Assembly: GCA_038087875.1 (NCBI GenBank)
Contig: CM075995.1
Location: 6,636,001-6,700,000 of the forward strand
Direction: 5' to 3'
DNA length: 64,000 nucleotides
Origin: Malacoraja senta
Taxonomy: Eukaryota
This document shows positions 25,189 through 38,657 of this stretch, in pieces; position 1 is the first letter of the stretch, and every line of letters starts with the position of its first letter. The position numbers and the translations under genes are program-made. The notes beneath the pieces were generated by a model. That model had not been told where the DNA came from. It saw nothing but the letters and a program-made list of their open reading frames with translations, and did no database searches.

Positions 25189-25540
25189 AGGGCCTGTCCC
25201 ACGAGCATGCGACAAGCGCGACCAAACCGGAAGCGGGGGCCGCGCGGAGGTCGAGTGATCCCCGTACAGGGCCGGTCCCACCAGCATGCGGCTGCATACG
25301 GCGAGCGAGACCAAAACGGAAGCTGGGGCCGCGCGGAGGTCGAGTGATTGACGTGAAGTTCGAGCGAAGTTTGAACACTGTCAGTTTTTTGGAGCCCCGC
25401 GCGATGTCGGGACCAGCTCCGCACAACTCCATGCGGCTCCCGCGATCGAAGTGGGACCGGCCCCGCGAGGCCGCACGGCTAGCGCGACCACGTTAGGTCG
25501 CGCTTGCCGCATGCAGTCGCATGCTTGTGGGACAGGCCCT
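25189..25540. mobile_element. Intact CpG-rich MITE (352 bp), PIF/Harbinger-like
   Basis: 25-bp TIRs AGGGCCTGTCCCAC(G/A)AGCATGCGAC; flanks TAA / TTA; internal direct repeat of about 42 bp. Superfamily is inferred. Confidence 0.75.
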
Positions 25541-25576
25541 TTACGGTTGGTGGCCATTGATTGAACAATCTGAGCG

Positions 25577-25880
25577 GTACAGTGGCACAGCGGTAGCGTT
25601 GCCGCCTCACAGCACCAGAGACCCGGGTTCAATCCTGACTATGGGTGCTGTCTGTACGGAGTTTGTACGTTCTCCCCGTGACCAAGTGGGTTTTCCCCCG
25701 GGTGCTCCGGTTTCCTCCCACAGTCCATCGACGTACAGGTTTGTAGGTTAGTTGGCTTTGGTAAAGATTGTAAATTGTCCCCAGTGTGTGTTGGATAGTG
25801 TTAGTGCGCGGGGATTGTTGGTCGGCGTGGACTCGGTGGACCGAATGGCCTGTTGCCACGCTGCATCTCTAAACTAAACC
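25577..25880 (+). mobile_element. HE1-like V-SINE, full length
   Basis: A/B boxes, V core, ctaaactaaac tail. Confidence 0.9.
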
Positions 25881-26019
25881 AAAGAGTTAGCTATAAAAGA
25901 TCCTGCTTTTCCTAGCCACCCTTGACATTGTCTGCAAGTTCAATTGTTTCCCCTGAAGGACCAACTTCTCCCCCAGGGCAATGCTGTTTGATCATTATTT
26001 CATGTTTGCTTTATTGCAG

Positions 26020-26340
26020 TAATTCAAAGGCAGTCAAATTTGCAGATGACACCAAACTAGGAAAGGCAGCAGGAGTCTACACACAATTCCAAAAAAAGCA
26101 AGTGCAAAAGAACACAAAATGTACCCAAGGCTATAGTCATGGCTGATAAAATTTATCTCTCATGCTCCAAAAATGATGTAACAATAACTAATGTTGAAAT
26201 TGAAAGAGACCTTGGAGGATAGATCTGATACTAAGGGACTCCCATCAAACCAAATAGAAGCTGACAAAGCCAACAGCAGGTTGAAGTACAAATCATGCTG
26301 ACTGATAAACACACCCAGATATCTTGGACCATGTGTCAAA
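26020..26340 (+). mobile_element. Ancient, highly decayed CR1-like RT fragment
   Basis: [10 protein letters not shown] at about 26033-26062 and downstream gaaagagaccttgga (ERDLG). Confidence 0.5.
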
Positions 26341-27096
26341 AGGAGATGTCTATGATGCGAAGGGGAGATACCAACTCATCCGCCTGCCTACTGTCCCACC
26401 AGATTCAGTCCCAGCAGTGTAGTGGTGACTTGAAGAGTGGGTCTGGTTTAGATTTGGTTTAGAGACACAGCATTGAAACAGGCCTTTCGGCCCACCGAGT
26501 CCATGCTGACCCGCTGAGTTACTCAAGCCTTTTGTGTCTATCTTCTGACCCACTGAGTTACTTCAGCATTATGTTCAAGAAGGAGCTGCAGATGCTGGAG
26601 AATCGAAGAAGGGTTTCGGCCCGAAACGTTGCCTATTTCCTTTGCTCCATAGATGCTGCCGCACCCGGAGTTTCTCCAGCATTTTGTTGTGTCTATCATC
26701 TGACCGACGAGCACCCGTACACTAGTTTTATCCTACACACTGGGGACAATTTTTATCAAAGCCAATTAACCTACAAACCTGCACTTCTTTGCAATGCGGG
26801 AGGAAACCGGAGCTCCACAGAGAAAACCCACGCAGTCACGGGGAGAACGTACGAACTCTGTACAACACAGCATGTTGTGAATGGAAAATCCTCCCCCCCC
26901 CCCCCATCTCAATAAAAATGTTAATTGAAATCTCAATCTCACACTACCTTTTAGCATTGTGAAGTGTAAACCAAGGAACGATTTGTTTGAAATCCCATCG
27001 GCCCGAAAAGTTAACTCTATTTCTCTGTCCACACATGCTGCCTAACCTGCTCAGTATCGTTTAGGAGTTTCCGTTTCTTAAAATGGTTTGTATTTA

Positions 27097-27397
27097 ACTT
27101 TAGAGATACAGTGTGGAAACAGGCCCTTCCGCTCACCAAGTCGGCACCGACCAGCGATCACCCTGTACGCTAGCACTATCCGACTCGATAGGGACAATTT
27201 ACAATAATTTTTCCGAAGCCAATTAACCTACAAACATGTAAGTCTTTGGAGTGTGGGAGGAAACCGGAGCACCCGGAGAAAACCCACGCGGTCACAGGGA
27301 GAACGTACAAACTCAGTACAGACAGCACCCGTAGTCAGGATCGAACCCGGGTCTCTGTCGCTGTGAGGCAGCAACTCTACCCCTGCGCCACCATGTC
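27097..27397 (-). mobile_element. HE1-like V-SINE
   Basis: Reverse complement of the SINE consensus, head at 27397. Confidence 0.9.
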
Positions 27398-27914
27398 CCG
27401 CACCTGACCCCTAGTTTTGCACCAAGGAGGTCTAGCATATGAGCATGTGACAGGACACTGCTCAAAATTTGTAATGCTTTAAATGATATACTAGTGCTTT
27501 CTATTTTCAAATCATTTAAAAACTATTGAAGGAGATTTAAATGTCTTGACTATCAGAGATATTTGGTAATTTGGAAGTGCCTCAGTGGTGGTGCCTCAGG
27601 TAACGTCCAACCTCTTTGCTTGGAAGTGTAACTCAGCAGGTCAGGCAGCATCTCTGGAAGATGTGGATGGAGTGGATGTGGAGAGGATGTTTCAGGGAGA
27701 AAGCAAAAGAGGAGAATGAAGTGGACTCTGTACACCAGTTTAAATTTAGCTTCAAAATGTTAGAATAACTGATTCAGAAATCAAATCTTCACGAGTTGAG
27801 ATCCTTCTTCAGTCTGAAGAAGGGTCTAGGCCCGAAATGTCGCCCATTCCTTCTCTCCTTAGATGCTGCCTCACCCGCTGAGTTACTCCAGGATTTGTGT
27901 CTACCTCCAGTCCA

Positions 27915-28330
27915 AGAGGTTGAGTAGGCTGGATTTCTATTCTGGAATGCAGGAGGATGAGGGGTGATCTTATAGAGGTGTATAAAATCATGAGAGGAAT
28001 AGATTGGGTAGGTGCACTTACTATCTTGCCCAGAATAGGTGAATCAAGGACCAGAGGACATCGGTTTAAAGTGAAGGGGAAAAGATTTAATAGGAATGTG
28101 GGGGGTAACATTTTCACACAAAGTGCGGTGGGTGTATGGAACAAGCTGCCAGAGGAGGTAGTTGAGGCTGGGGCTAATTCAACAATAGGTAGGTACATGG
28201 ATAGGACAGGTTTGGAGGGATATGGACCAAATGCAGGCAGGTGGGACTAATGTAGCTGGGACATGTTGGCCGGTGTGAGCAAGTTGGGCCGAAGGGCCTG
28301 TTTCCACGCTGTGACACTCTATGACTATGA
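27915..28330 (+). mobile_element. CR1/HER1-type 3' fragment
   Basis: ORF 27957-28250 (MRGDLIEVYKIMRG..) plus tail. Confidence 0.88.
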
Positions 28331-28726
28331 CCGATTAAAATTTTGCTTCAAATTGTTAGAACAACCGATTTAGAAATGAAATGTTCGACAAACTCAGCCA
28401 GATTTTCTGAGGGAAATTATTAGTCAAGTTTGTTTCAACTTTCGCTTCTTACACAATACTCATTCAACTGTATAGACAAACAGAGAAAATAAGCAAATGT
28501 AATGTCAATGATTGTCCAATGTTCTAACGTACATTTTCCATTCCTGGTTTGAGCTTTAAGTTGCTTGGCGTTAATGTTAACAACGATCTGTTGTGGGCCA
28601 ACAACATTTAAACAACAGACAAGAAGGCAAACCAGTGCCTCGATTCCCTTCGGAGACTGGGGAAATTCAGCATGTCCCCAATGACTCTTATAAATCCCTA
28701 CAGATGCATCATCGAAAGCATATTGT

Positions 28727-29357
28727 ATCCACTGTTCCAGGTGTAGACTCCTTTATCAGCGAGACCAAGCGCAGACTGGGCGATCGTTTCGCTGAACACC
28801 TTCGGCCTGGGCCTTACGCGATCGCCTGACTGCTAAACACTTTAATTCCCCTTCCCATTCCCACTGACCTTTCTGTCCTGGGCCTCCTCTACTGTCAGTG
28901 AGGCCCAGCGCAAATTGGAGGAACAGCACCTCATATTTCGTTTGGGCAGCTTACAACCGAGTGGTATGAATACTGACTTCTCTAACGTCAAGTAAACCTT
29001 GCATCCCCTCTCTCTCCATCCCTCCTCCACCCTAGTTCTCCTACTAGTTTCACAGTACTCCTGATTAATTTTACTGTTTGTATGCCTCGTTGTCATCTTC
29101 CCCTCAGCCAACAATGAACCATTGTACATTTCATTAATTATCGTCTGCTTTGATCTGTCATTTTCACATCTTACATTCCCTTTGTACCCTTCCATATCTC
29201 TAGTTTCCCTCTCCCCTGACTCTCATCTGAAGAAGGGTCTCGACCCGAAACATCACCCATTCCTTCTCTCCAGAGATGCTGTCTGTTCCGCCGGGTTACT
29301 CCAGCATTTTGTCCATCTTCGGTGCAAACCAGCATCTGCAGTTCCTTCCTACACATA
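28727..29357 (+). mobile_element. Penelope-like element 3' fragment: GIY-YIG endonuclease C-terminus, 3'UTR and hammerhead unit, with 13-bp TSD
   Basis: ..ISETKRRLGDRFAEHLR.. and ..RKLEEQHLIFRLGSLQPSGMN..; ctgaagaagggtctcgacccgaaac at 29227; gaaagcatattgt at 28714-28726 and 29358-29370; nested in a Rex-like fragment. Confidence 0.88.
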
Positions 29358-29535
29358 GAAAGCATATTGTCGGGGTTGCATCACAGTCTGGTTTGGGAAC
29401 AGCTCTGTTCAAGACCGTAAATAATTGCTGAGAGTTATAGATGTAGCCCAGTCCATCACGCGGACTAAACTCTCTGCCACTAATTCCATTCACACTTCAC
29501 GCTGCATCAGAATAGCAGCCAACATAATCAAAAAC

Positions 29536-29578
29536 GTGTGTGTGTGTCTGTGTCTGTGTCTGTGTGTGTGTGTGTGTC
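29536..29578. repeat. (TG)n/(TGTGTC)n microsatellite
   Basis: Direct reading. Confidence 0.9.
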
Positions 29579-29991
29579 GGTCATTCTTTCTTCTCTGGTC
29601 CGTCGGGCAGAAGGTACAGAAGCTTGAAAGCACGCACCACCAGCCTCAGCATCTTCCCCTCTGTTACCAGGCTTCTGAACGGTCTTTCCATAAGCTAGGG
29701 TATTGTCCGATTCACCTCTACTTTGTCTCTGGAATTGTTGCACTACAATTCCAAGAATCATATTCTGCACTCCCTTGTATTATTTATCACATGTACAGTG
29801 AAACTCATTTCTGTATGCAATTCAGTACAAGTATCACTATACATAAGCACTTAGACACATATTTGATAAGCATTTTCAAGTACAGTACAAATGTAAAGCA
29901 GTAATGTACTGAGACAGTATACAGAGTCGCCAATTTGGCACCGTTTTCAAGTCCCATTTGTTGTAAGTGCAGGGATCCCTTACAGGGAACA

Positions 29992-30358
29992 ATATAAGAT
30001 TGTTACGGGCTTGGACACGCTAGAGGCAGGAAACATGTTCCCGATGTTGGGGGAGTCCAGAACCAGGGGCCACAGTTGAAGAATAAGGAGTAAGCCATTT
30101 AGAACGGAGACGAGGAAACACTTTTTCTCACAGAGAGTGGTGAGTCTGTGGAATTCTCTGCCTCAGAGGGCGGTGGAGGCCGGTTCTCTGGATGCTTTCA
30201 AGAGAGAGCTAGATAGGGCTCTTAAAAATAGTGGAGTCAGGATATATGGGGAGAAGGCAGGAACGGGGTAATGATTGGGGATGATCAGCCATGATCACAT
30301 TGAATGGCGGTGCTGGCTCGAAAGGCCAAATGGCCTACTCCTGCACCTATTGTCTATT
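29992..30358 (+). mobile_element. CR1 LINE 3' fragment
   Basis: Same subfamily as 23254-23672. Confidence 0.9.
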
Positions 30359-30671
30359 ATCTATCTTTATCTGGCCATGAAGGTCCCTTGTCCTGGTGGC
30401 GTTGCAGGGCTGCTGCTGCTCCACCACTGTGTATTTCCCTTCACTCTACCTACTGTACTTGAGTTTGACTTGATTATATTTATGCATGGTATATCTGATT
30501 GTATTGCAAATCCAACGTACCTCAGTCCAACTAGCAATAATAAACCTAAACCAGAACCTAAGCATCTCTTTTCAATGAAACTAACCGAAGTTTGGGATAT
30601 TTTTGCAGAGATCATATTCCTTTTGATCAGGTTGTGAGGCAGCAATATAGACATGCAAGTTCACAAAATTA

Positions 30672-30963
30672 ATTTCTCTAATTTCAAGTAGCCCTTGCAT
30701 TCCCCCTGTCTGCATCCCTCCTCCAACCTAGTCGTACTGCTAGTTTCACTGTTCCTATCCCTTCCTTATCACCTCCTCTACAGCCAACAATGGACCATTG
30801 TGGGTTCCTTGGCCATCAGTGCCGGCTCTTGATTTGTTCTGTTCCTTTTCATACCTCTAGTTTTCCTCTCCCCTGACTCTCAGTCTGAAGAAGGGTGTCG
30901 ATCCAAAACGTCACCTATTCCTTTTCTCCAGAGACTCCAGCTACTCCAGCATTTTGTGTCTAT
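30672..30963 (+). mobile_element. Penelope-like 3'UTR plus degenerate hammerhead unit
   Basis: tttctctaatttcaagtagcccttgc...cagtctgaagaagggtgtcgatccaaaacgtcacc. Confidence 0.7.
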
Positions 30964-31894
30964 TTTAAAGATCTGTTTCATGGCCATTATCGTGAATAAA
31001 ACAATTTCTGAAAATGCTTAGTAAGTGAGGGAACATCTGTGCTGAGAAAAAAAACAGCTGATCGGGGAATAAATCTTTATCTCTAAATATTCCCAGTCAT
31101 CAACCTGAAATGTTATCTCTGACTTGCTGATTATTTCTGTGATTTTCTATTTTTAATTCAGATTTCCAGCACTTCTGCAGAATTTTGCTTTTGTAATTTT
31201 GAGGTGAGAGGGGAAAGATTTCATAGGAACCTGAAGGACATTTTTTTCACAGAGAGGGTGATGGATCAGAGGAGATAGTTGAGGAAGGTACTATAACAAC
31301 ATTTAAACGACGTTTGCTTAGGTATATGAATAGGATGCTTTAGAGATGTTATATGCCAATTATCCCCTTCATCCTGATCTGTACACTGTGGATGGCTCAA
31401 TTGTAATCATCTATACTTTCCGCTGACTGGTTAGCACACAACAAAAGCTTTTCACTGTACCTCGGTACACGTGACAATAAACTGAACTGAGACTAGCGTA
31501 GCTGGGGCATCTTGGTCGTCTTGGACAAGTTGGGCCAAAGGACTTGTTTTTGCACCGTATGACTCTTCGACTTTATTCAGTATCAATAACTTGGGCAAAT
31601 TAGCTTGAAATTAAACGGAAACAAAATGAGACCTTTCATGAGGAGAATTTATGAGAAAGGTAAAAATACAAATGGAATAGTACTCTTTGCTAGAGAACAA
31701 TGGTAACTGTTATACCTAATTATAGAATTTAATTCAAAACCTGACAAGTGACAGGGGAAGAGAATTTTTTTTTAATACAAGAATCAGGAGATTCAGGAAT
31801 ATTAACAATGTGATCCAACAATAAGAACTAAAATTAAACTTAAATGTTCAATGACTACAATTACTTGTTTCTATTTACATTGACTTAACAAGTT

Positions 31895-32328
31895 GACACA
31901 CAAACCAACCTCCCTTCCATTGACTCCATTTATACCTCACGCTGCCTCAGCAAGGCCAGCAGCATAATCAAGGACAAGTCACATCCCAGCCACTCCCTCT
32001 TCTCCCCTCTCCCATCAAGCAAACGGTATAGAAGTGTGAAAACGCACGCCTCCAGTTTTTCCCCAGCTGTTATTATTCAACTGAATCATCCCACCACAAC
32101 TAGAAAGCAGTGCTGAACTTCTATCTACCTCATTGCAGACCCTCGGTCTATCCTTGATCGGACTTTACTGGCTTTACCTTGCACTAAACGTTATTCCCTT
32201 ATCATGTATCTGTACACTGTGAATGGCTCGGTAGTAATCATGTGTTGTCTTTCCGTTGACTCGTTAGCACGCAACAAAAGTTTTTCACTGTACTTCGGTA
32301 CACGTGACAATAAACTAAACTGAACTGA
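31895..32328 (+). mobile_element. Rex/Babar-like LINE 3' end (second family)
   Basis: TNLPSIDSIYTSRCL..ASSIIKD.SHP..SLFSPLPS, then tail aataaactaaactgaact. Confidence 0.8.
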
Positions 32329-32625
32329 CATGCTCATTCTGCACTTTGGTTCTTCTGAGACGCTGGGGCAAGTTGCAATCTCTGTCATATCTAATTAAGG
32401 TTACAGCACAAATATCACTAATTTGCCTTTAGATTTCCATGACATGGCAGCCTAACCTCAGGGTAGTCCTGTTCCTTTCCGGGCAATTACGTTTACAAAT
32501 AGATTGTGCCAGACATAAAAGTCTGAAGAGTTTTAAAACATTCAAAATGGCAGGTCAATTTTTTATTATTCTATTTTTTTTTATCATAGGCAAAACCCTA
32601 TGATTCAGAGAAAACAAAGGACAAA

Positions 32626-33262
32626 AGAGGTGCAGGAGTAGGCCATTCGGCCCTTCGAGCCAGCACCACCATTCAATGTGATCATGGCTGATCATCCACA
32701 ATCAGTACCCCGTTCCTGCCTTCTCCCCATATCCCCTGACTCTGTTATCTTTAAGAGCCCTATCTAGCTCTCTCTTGAAAGTATCCAGAGAACCGGCCTC
32801 CACCGCCCTCTGAGGCAGAGAATTCCACAGGCTCACAACTCTCTGTGTGAAGAAGTGTTTCCTCGTCTCTGTTCAAAATGGCTTACCCCTTATTCTTAAA
32901 CTGTGGCCCCTGTTTCTGGACTCCCCCAACATCGGGAACATGTTTCCTGCCTCTAGCGTGTCCAAACCTTTTAATAATCTTATATGTTTCACTGATGGGA
33001 GAGTCTAGGACCAGAGGTCATAGCCTCAGGATAAAAGGATATACCTTTAGAAAGGAGATGAGGAGGAATGTAGTCGGAGGGTGGTGAATCTGTGGAATTT
33101 TCATACTGGAGATTGACAGATTCTTCATTATAAATGGTGTCAGGGGTTATGGGAAGAAGGCTGGAGAATGGAATTGAGAGGGAATGATAGATCGGCCATG
33201 ATTGAAATGTCGGAGTAGACTTGATGGGCCGAATAGCCTAATTCTGCACCTAGAACTTAAGA
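32626..33262. mobile_element. Two CR1 3' fragments back to back (32626-32990 minus, 32994-33262 plus)
   Basis: Each carries the ESRTRGHSLRI region and runs to its own tail. Confidence 0.8.
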
Positions 33263-34059
33263 ACCATCCCATCCCCAACGAGAGAGTGGTCCTGGCCTCC
33301 CATCTACCTCATTGGAAACCCACTGACTATCTGTAAACGGACTTTACCTTGCACTGAACCTTTATCCTGAATCTGTACACAGTGGATGGCTTGATTGTAA
33401 TAATGTGTCGGAAGTAACAGCAGATGCTGATTTATATTGAAGATAGGCACAAAATGCTGGAGTAATTCAGTGGTTCGGGCAGCATCTCTGGCTGAGTTAC
33501 TCTTTGACTGCAATCATTTCTAGCCTTTCCGCTGACTGGATAGCATGCAACCAAAAAGCTTTTCACTGTACCTCGGTGCACATCGCAATGAACTAAACTA
33601 AAATAGCCATCAAAAATGAGAATGCTGTTCATCACATGGGTACGATTATTCTCTCATCAACATAAGGATAAGTACAATGTCTCTTCTCTCAGTGTTAGCT
33701 ACCAAGTCAAATAGAAAAGGCTTTGTTCAGGTCACAAGACGAGAGCCATCACAGAGGCTTTACAATGGGGAGATGAGAGGCACCAATAACCAGGAGGAAA
33801 GATATTCAGCGAAACAATCCAAAGCACAAAACGATGCACAAAGAATACAAAGACATTACAAAATACACAATGCGAATTGGAAAGACGTTGGAATTAACAG
33901 TTAGATCCCCCATAAGTCTCATCATGCTGATTCAGCTAGCGAGGATTTCTTAAGCGGAACAAGTGAAATAGGTTTGGTACCGCTCATAAACCTAAAAGGC
34001 AGCTAGCTCTACAATAATACGACTAGCGTTAATTAGCTATGGCTCATGGGTAAAAGCTG

Positions 34060-34342
34060 TGCACGGTAGCGCAGCGGTCGAGTTGCTGCCTCACAGCGCC
34101 AGAGACCCGGGTACGATCCTGACTATGGGTGCTGTCTTTATGGAGTTTGTACGTTCTCCCTGTTCTTCCAGGTGCTCCAGTTTCCTCCCACACTCGAAAG
34201 ACATGCAGGTCTGTGGATTCGTTGCATTCTGTTCATTGTAAATAGATCCTAGTGCGTGTCGGGTAGTGTTAGTGTTCAGGGTGATCGCTAGTCAGTGTGG
34301 ACTCGGTGGGCCGAAGAACCTGTTTAGCCCTGTATCTGTAAA
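34060..34342 (+). mobile_element. HE1-like V-SINE
   Basis: Head gcacggtagcgcagcgg, V core, tail. Confidence 0.85.
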
Positions 34343-34629
34343 ATGTGGCCTCATTCTGCAGGCAATGCTTGGAAAGGTCAGTATGGAAATAGGAAAGAGT
34401 GTTAAAGTGGTTAGCAACCAGGAGCTCCAACAAGGCTAGAAGTGTTGAGCAAAACGGTTGCCTAGTCTACGCTCGATCGCGCCAATGTAAAAGGGGACCA
34501 CCTGGGGAGCGACAAATGCAATAATTCCCCGACTCTAATCATTCTGAAGAAGGGTCCTGCCACGCTGAGTTCCTCCAGCACTTCCAGCACCTGCAGCTTC
34601 TTGGGTCTCCAAGAATCTGGGCGATTCCC

Positions 34630-34942
34630 CTACCCTGCCCAGAGTAGGGGAATCGAGAACCAGAGGACATAGGTTTACGGTGAGGGGGGAAAAGAGTTAT
34701 TAGGAACTCGTGGGGTAACCTTTTCACACAAAGGGTGGTGAATGTTTGGAACGAGTTGCCGGAGGAGTTAGTTGAAGCAGGTACTATCGCAACGTTTAAG
34801 AAACAATTGGACAGGTACATGGATAAACAGGTTTAGAGGGATATGGGCCAAACGCAGGCAGGTGGGACTAGTGTAGATGGGACATGTGGGCCGGCCAGGG
34901 CAATTAGGGACTGTTTCCATGCTGTATGACTCTATGATTCTA
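34630..34942 (+). mobile_element. CR1/HER1-type 3' fragment
   Basis: Recurrent HER1-like 3' end ending in ctgtatgactctatga. Confidence 0.85.
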
Positions 34943-36089
34943 TCTCTTCAACATGATGCTACTGGATCTTTAGTAGCTACCCAAGAGAACTTATTTTCAA
35001 CATTTAGCATTCAACCAAGCAAACTCCTCAATGGAGTATTATTGGATCCTTAGCATCAAATCAATGAAGCTCCTCATCAACATAGTGCTACTGGATCTTT
35101 TGCATCTAACGAGGACCACGGTTTCACATTTCATAGAAAGCTAAAATGCAACAAAAGAAACATAAGATTGGGGGACTACAGAAAGATAATACGTAGAGAC
35201 CTTCAACATTTTTTCACACTAAAGATTCCCAAATCTCGGCCTGAAACATGCTCAAATCTCAAGAGTTTCTGAACCCAAACATTCCCATTGAAAGGTTAAC
35301 TGTCATCAAGTGAGTCAAAATTCTTTATCCACAGTTAAATTACTTTGATTCAGGAATATCCAACCGTTTTAAGATGCTTAAGAAAGAACTGCAGATGCTG
35401 GTTTATACCAAAGATAAGACACAAAGTACTGGAGTAACTCACCGGGTCAGGCAGCAAAAAAAAAATAAAAAAATTTGTGATGCTGCCTGACCCGCTGAGT
35501 TCACAGGTTCTAGGAGCAGCATTAGGCCATTCGGCCCATCAAGTCTACTCTGTTATTCAATCATGGCTGCTCTATCTTTCCCTCTCAACCCCATTCTCCT
35601 GCCTTCTCCCCGTAACCCCTGACACCTGTACTAATCAAGAATCTGGCAATCACTCCAGCACTTTGAATCTATCTTTAGTTTTAAGATGCCGCTTCTCCTG
35701 TAGATTATATAATGCTTCCGCTAAAAAGTCTACAGTCTACATTATCACTGAATTAAAAAATAAATTTCCAGCACTCTTTTCCCAATATTCCACAATCCTT
35801 CACCCTGACATTTCTACATCTTTCTCAAAATAAAAAGCCTTACTGAACGAAATAGTACTACTGAAATATTTACTTGCTGACTCTCAAAGTGGATATTTCC
35901 CAACTGCTATGCTAAATAAATCAATTTGTACTGGCAGCGTTAGCAAAGATTTCATGACAGACTTAGCATTGAAAACGGCATCCATTATATAACATACATT
36001 TGTAGGCAAATATTTTGTTTTATCAGCTACACAGAGAAAAAAAAATGAATGCAGCAGACACCTTGAGTCATTTGATCTGATTAAATATG

Positions 36090-36293
36090 ACACAAAATGC
36101 TGGAGTAACTCAGCGGGTCAGGCAGCATCTCTGGAGAAAAGGAATAGGTGACGTTTCGGGTGAGAGTGAAGGGTCTGATGAAATGTCTCGACCTGAAACC
36201 TCACCTATTCCTATTGCCTGACCCGCTGAGTTACTCCAGCATTTTGTGCCTATCTTCGGTGTAAACCTGCATCTGCAGTTCCTTCTTGCACTA
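36090..36293. mobile_element. Fold-back Penelope terminal unit with 10-bp TSD
   Basis: Inverted arms; agggtCTGATGA..GAAAC core at 36175; attaaatatg at 36080-36089 and 36294-36303. Confidence 0.8.
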
Positions 36294-36465
36294 ATTAAAT
36301 ATGCATTTGTTCAAATGGTGCAAATTACAATATGTTGAAATTAAACTAAACAGATTCCCCCCCCCCACATGCTCTGGGTCTAACAAACTGTAAAACAGCC
36401 TTGTGAATAGACCAAGGATTAACACCCACAGTAACGATTTGGCATAATTGAGTAATTTAACCTAC

Positions 36466-36508
36466 TGGGGTTCCTCTCACTGGTCTCTGCAGATCCGGGA
36501 GCTGACAT
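36466..36508 (-). CDS. Candidate alternative first coding exon (coding part) for a short dysbindin-domain-only isoform, MSAPGSAETSERNP
   Basis: Minus strand reads gcagtaATGTCAGCTCCCGGATCTGCAGAGACCAGTGAGAGGAACCCCA|gtaggtt: 14 codons plus 1 nt, a phase-1 donor like the microexon, purine at -3, in a repeat-free island. No transcript evidence. Confidence 0.45.
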
Positions 36509-36760
36509 TACTGCAGGCAGCAAAGGAAACAGAGGCACTGCATTAGACGAATCGCACCCTCAGTTAATAGGCTGCTTTGGCGATCTGCATCTTCCAAATG
36601 GGAACAAGCAAGGTCCAAAGTGAGCGAGACTGTGACTCAGACGCAGCACAGAGAGAGCACTGAAGAGTCAGTCCTCCACAGCGCAGGCACCACAACATCC
36701 AAAGTCTAAACGTGTGATGTGCAGGACAAACAGTGGCAGCTGGCTTACAATCTGGAATAT
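36509..36760 (-). promoter_or_regulatory. Putative 5'UTR / internal promoter-enhancer of the candidate alternative first exon
   Basis: Unique, locally GC-richer block with a perfect AP-1 site TGACTCA (36633-36639) and an E-box CAGCTG (36737-36742). Motifs alone are weak evidence. Confidence 0.3.
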
Positions 36761-37777
36761 ACTAACACCATTGTTTTAAAGGGGTAGGGATTCACAAATG
36801 TAACATTCTGCAATCAAATCAATCAGTTTTTAAAAAAAAATTGCAACTTAATTGTGCGTGTAAATCAAGACCCGTTTATAAATTACATTAGAATAAAATC
36901 TATTCAAATTACTCTATAATTCTTCTCATAGTCCAAATGAAATCAATGATTACACCTCTTTGGCACTGATTTCTGGTGCTCCAGTCCAAATGTTTATACG
37001 TTCATTTGAAAGCAACAGGATCTTGCAACCCAAATATAAATGAATGTAAACCATTGTTACTTATAGACACAAAATACTGGAGTAACTCAGCTGGTCAGGC
37101 AGCATCTCTGGAGAAATGGTATAAGTGATGTTTCAGGTCGGAACCCTTCCTCAGACCCACAACCTCACCTATTTCTTTTCTCCAGAGATGCTGACTGACC
37201 CGCTGAGTTACTCCAGCATTTTGTGTCTATACAGTCATAGACTCTTACAGCGTGGAAACAGGCCCTTCGGCCCAACCTGCCCACACAGACTAACATATCC
37301 CATCTACACTAGTCCCACTGTCTGCATTCAAAACCTGTCCTATCCATGTACCTGTCTTAATATTTCTTAAACGTTGTGATAGTACCAGCCTCAACTGCCA
37401 CCTCCAACAGCTCGTTCCATCAACCCACCACCCTCTGTGTGAAAAGGTTACCCCTCAGGTTCCTATTAAATCTTTTCCCCCTCACCTTAAACCTATGTTC
37501 TCGGGTTCTCGTTTGCCCTTCTCTGTGCAAGAGACTGTAATCATGTATTGCCTTCCCGCTTATCGACACAAAATGCTGGAGTATCTCAGCGGGACAGGCA
37601 GCATCTCTGGGGAGAAGAAATGGGTGATGTTTTGGGTCGAGACCCTTCTTCAGAAGAAGAGAGCATTTTATCGGATGCTTCACAGCTTGGGTTTGGGAAC
37701 AGCTCCATCCAAGACCGCAAGAAATTGCAGAGAATTGTGGACGCAGCCTAGACAATCACACAGACCAACCTCCCTTA

Positions 37778-38050
37778 ATTTAGATTAGAGATACAGTGCA
37801 GAAACAGGGCCTTTGGCCCACCCAGTCCGCGCCGGCCAATGATCCCCGTACACTAAGACTATCCTACACACCAGGGACAATTTACAATTTTTACTGAAGC
37901 CAATTTAACTACAAACCTGTACGTCTTTGGAGTGTGGGAGGAAACCGGAGCACCCGGGGAGAACGTACAGACTCCGTACAGACAGCACACGAGGTTTTGG
38001 ATCTCTGGCGCTGTAAGGCAGCAACACTATCACTGAGCCACCGTGCCACC
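37778..38050 (-). mobile_element. HE1-like V-SINE
   Basis: Reverse complement of the SINE consensus. Confidence 0.85.
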
Positions 38051-38657
38051 CCTATTCTCTTAACAGATAATTTCACTATGAACCTCTACAAACATTAAGT
38101 TGAGAGCCAGAGAGATTCATTGCCGTTATACTCATTTTTGCTATTTGTCACACATCTCTGGAACATATCTATGTTAAATTACAAGAACTCACTGTATTAC
38201 CGATACTAATCAAGGCAAAATACATGAGCACTTTGACAAAGCAATGATACAGATACTCAACAGATCAGTTGGCATGTGTGGAGAGAAATAAATCATGATC
38301 CAAATCGTTAATTCAGTTTTCCTTTCTGCAGATGCTATCTGAACTGCCAATTATCTCTGGTGGGTTTCTTTCATATCGGTTCCACCATCTATCATTCTGT
38401 TTGTCACATCTACAAACTTGTTTACCTATCTCAGCTAACTCCATTTCAACGACCAACGTTGGTGTCACGATGTTAGCAACATAAATTAGCACTGCCAAGA
38501 TATATTGATGTGAATGGAAGTTATGGTGACATTGCGTGATACAGCATTGAAACAGGCTCTTCAACACAACTCGTCCATGCTAACCATCCTTCAAGTAAAG
38601 TTGGAACTTTAAAATCTCTCCCCCAAAGTTTAAGAATCACGAAAAAACAATCACAGG

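Noticed and set aside
25106..25496. Overlapping Arg/Gly/Pro-rich ORFs
   Set aside because: Arise from the GC-rich MITE interior; no transposase motifs.
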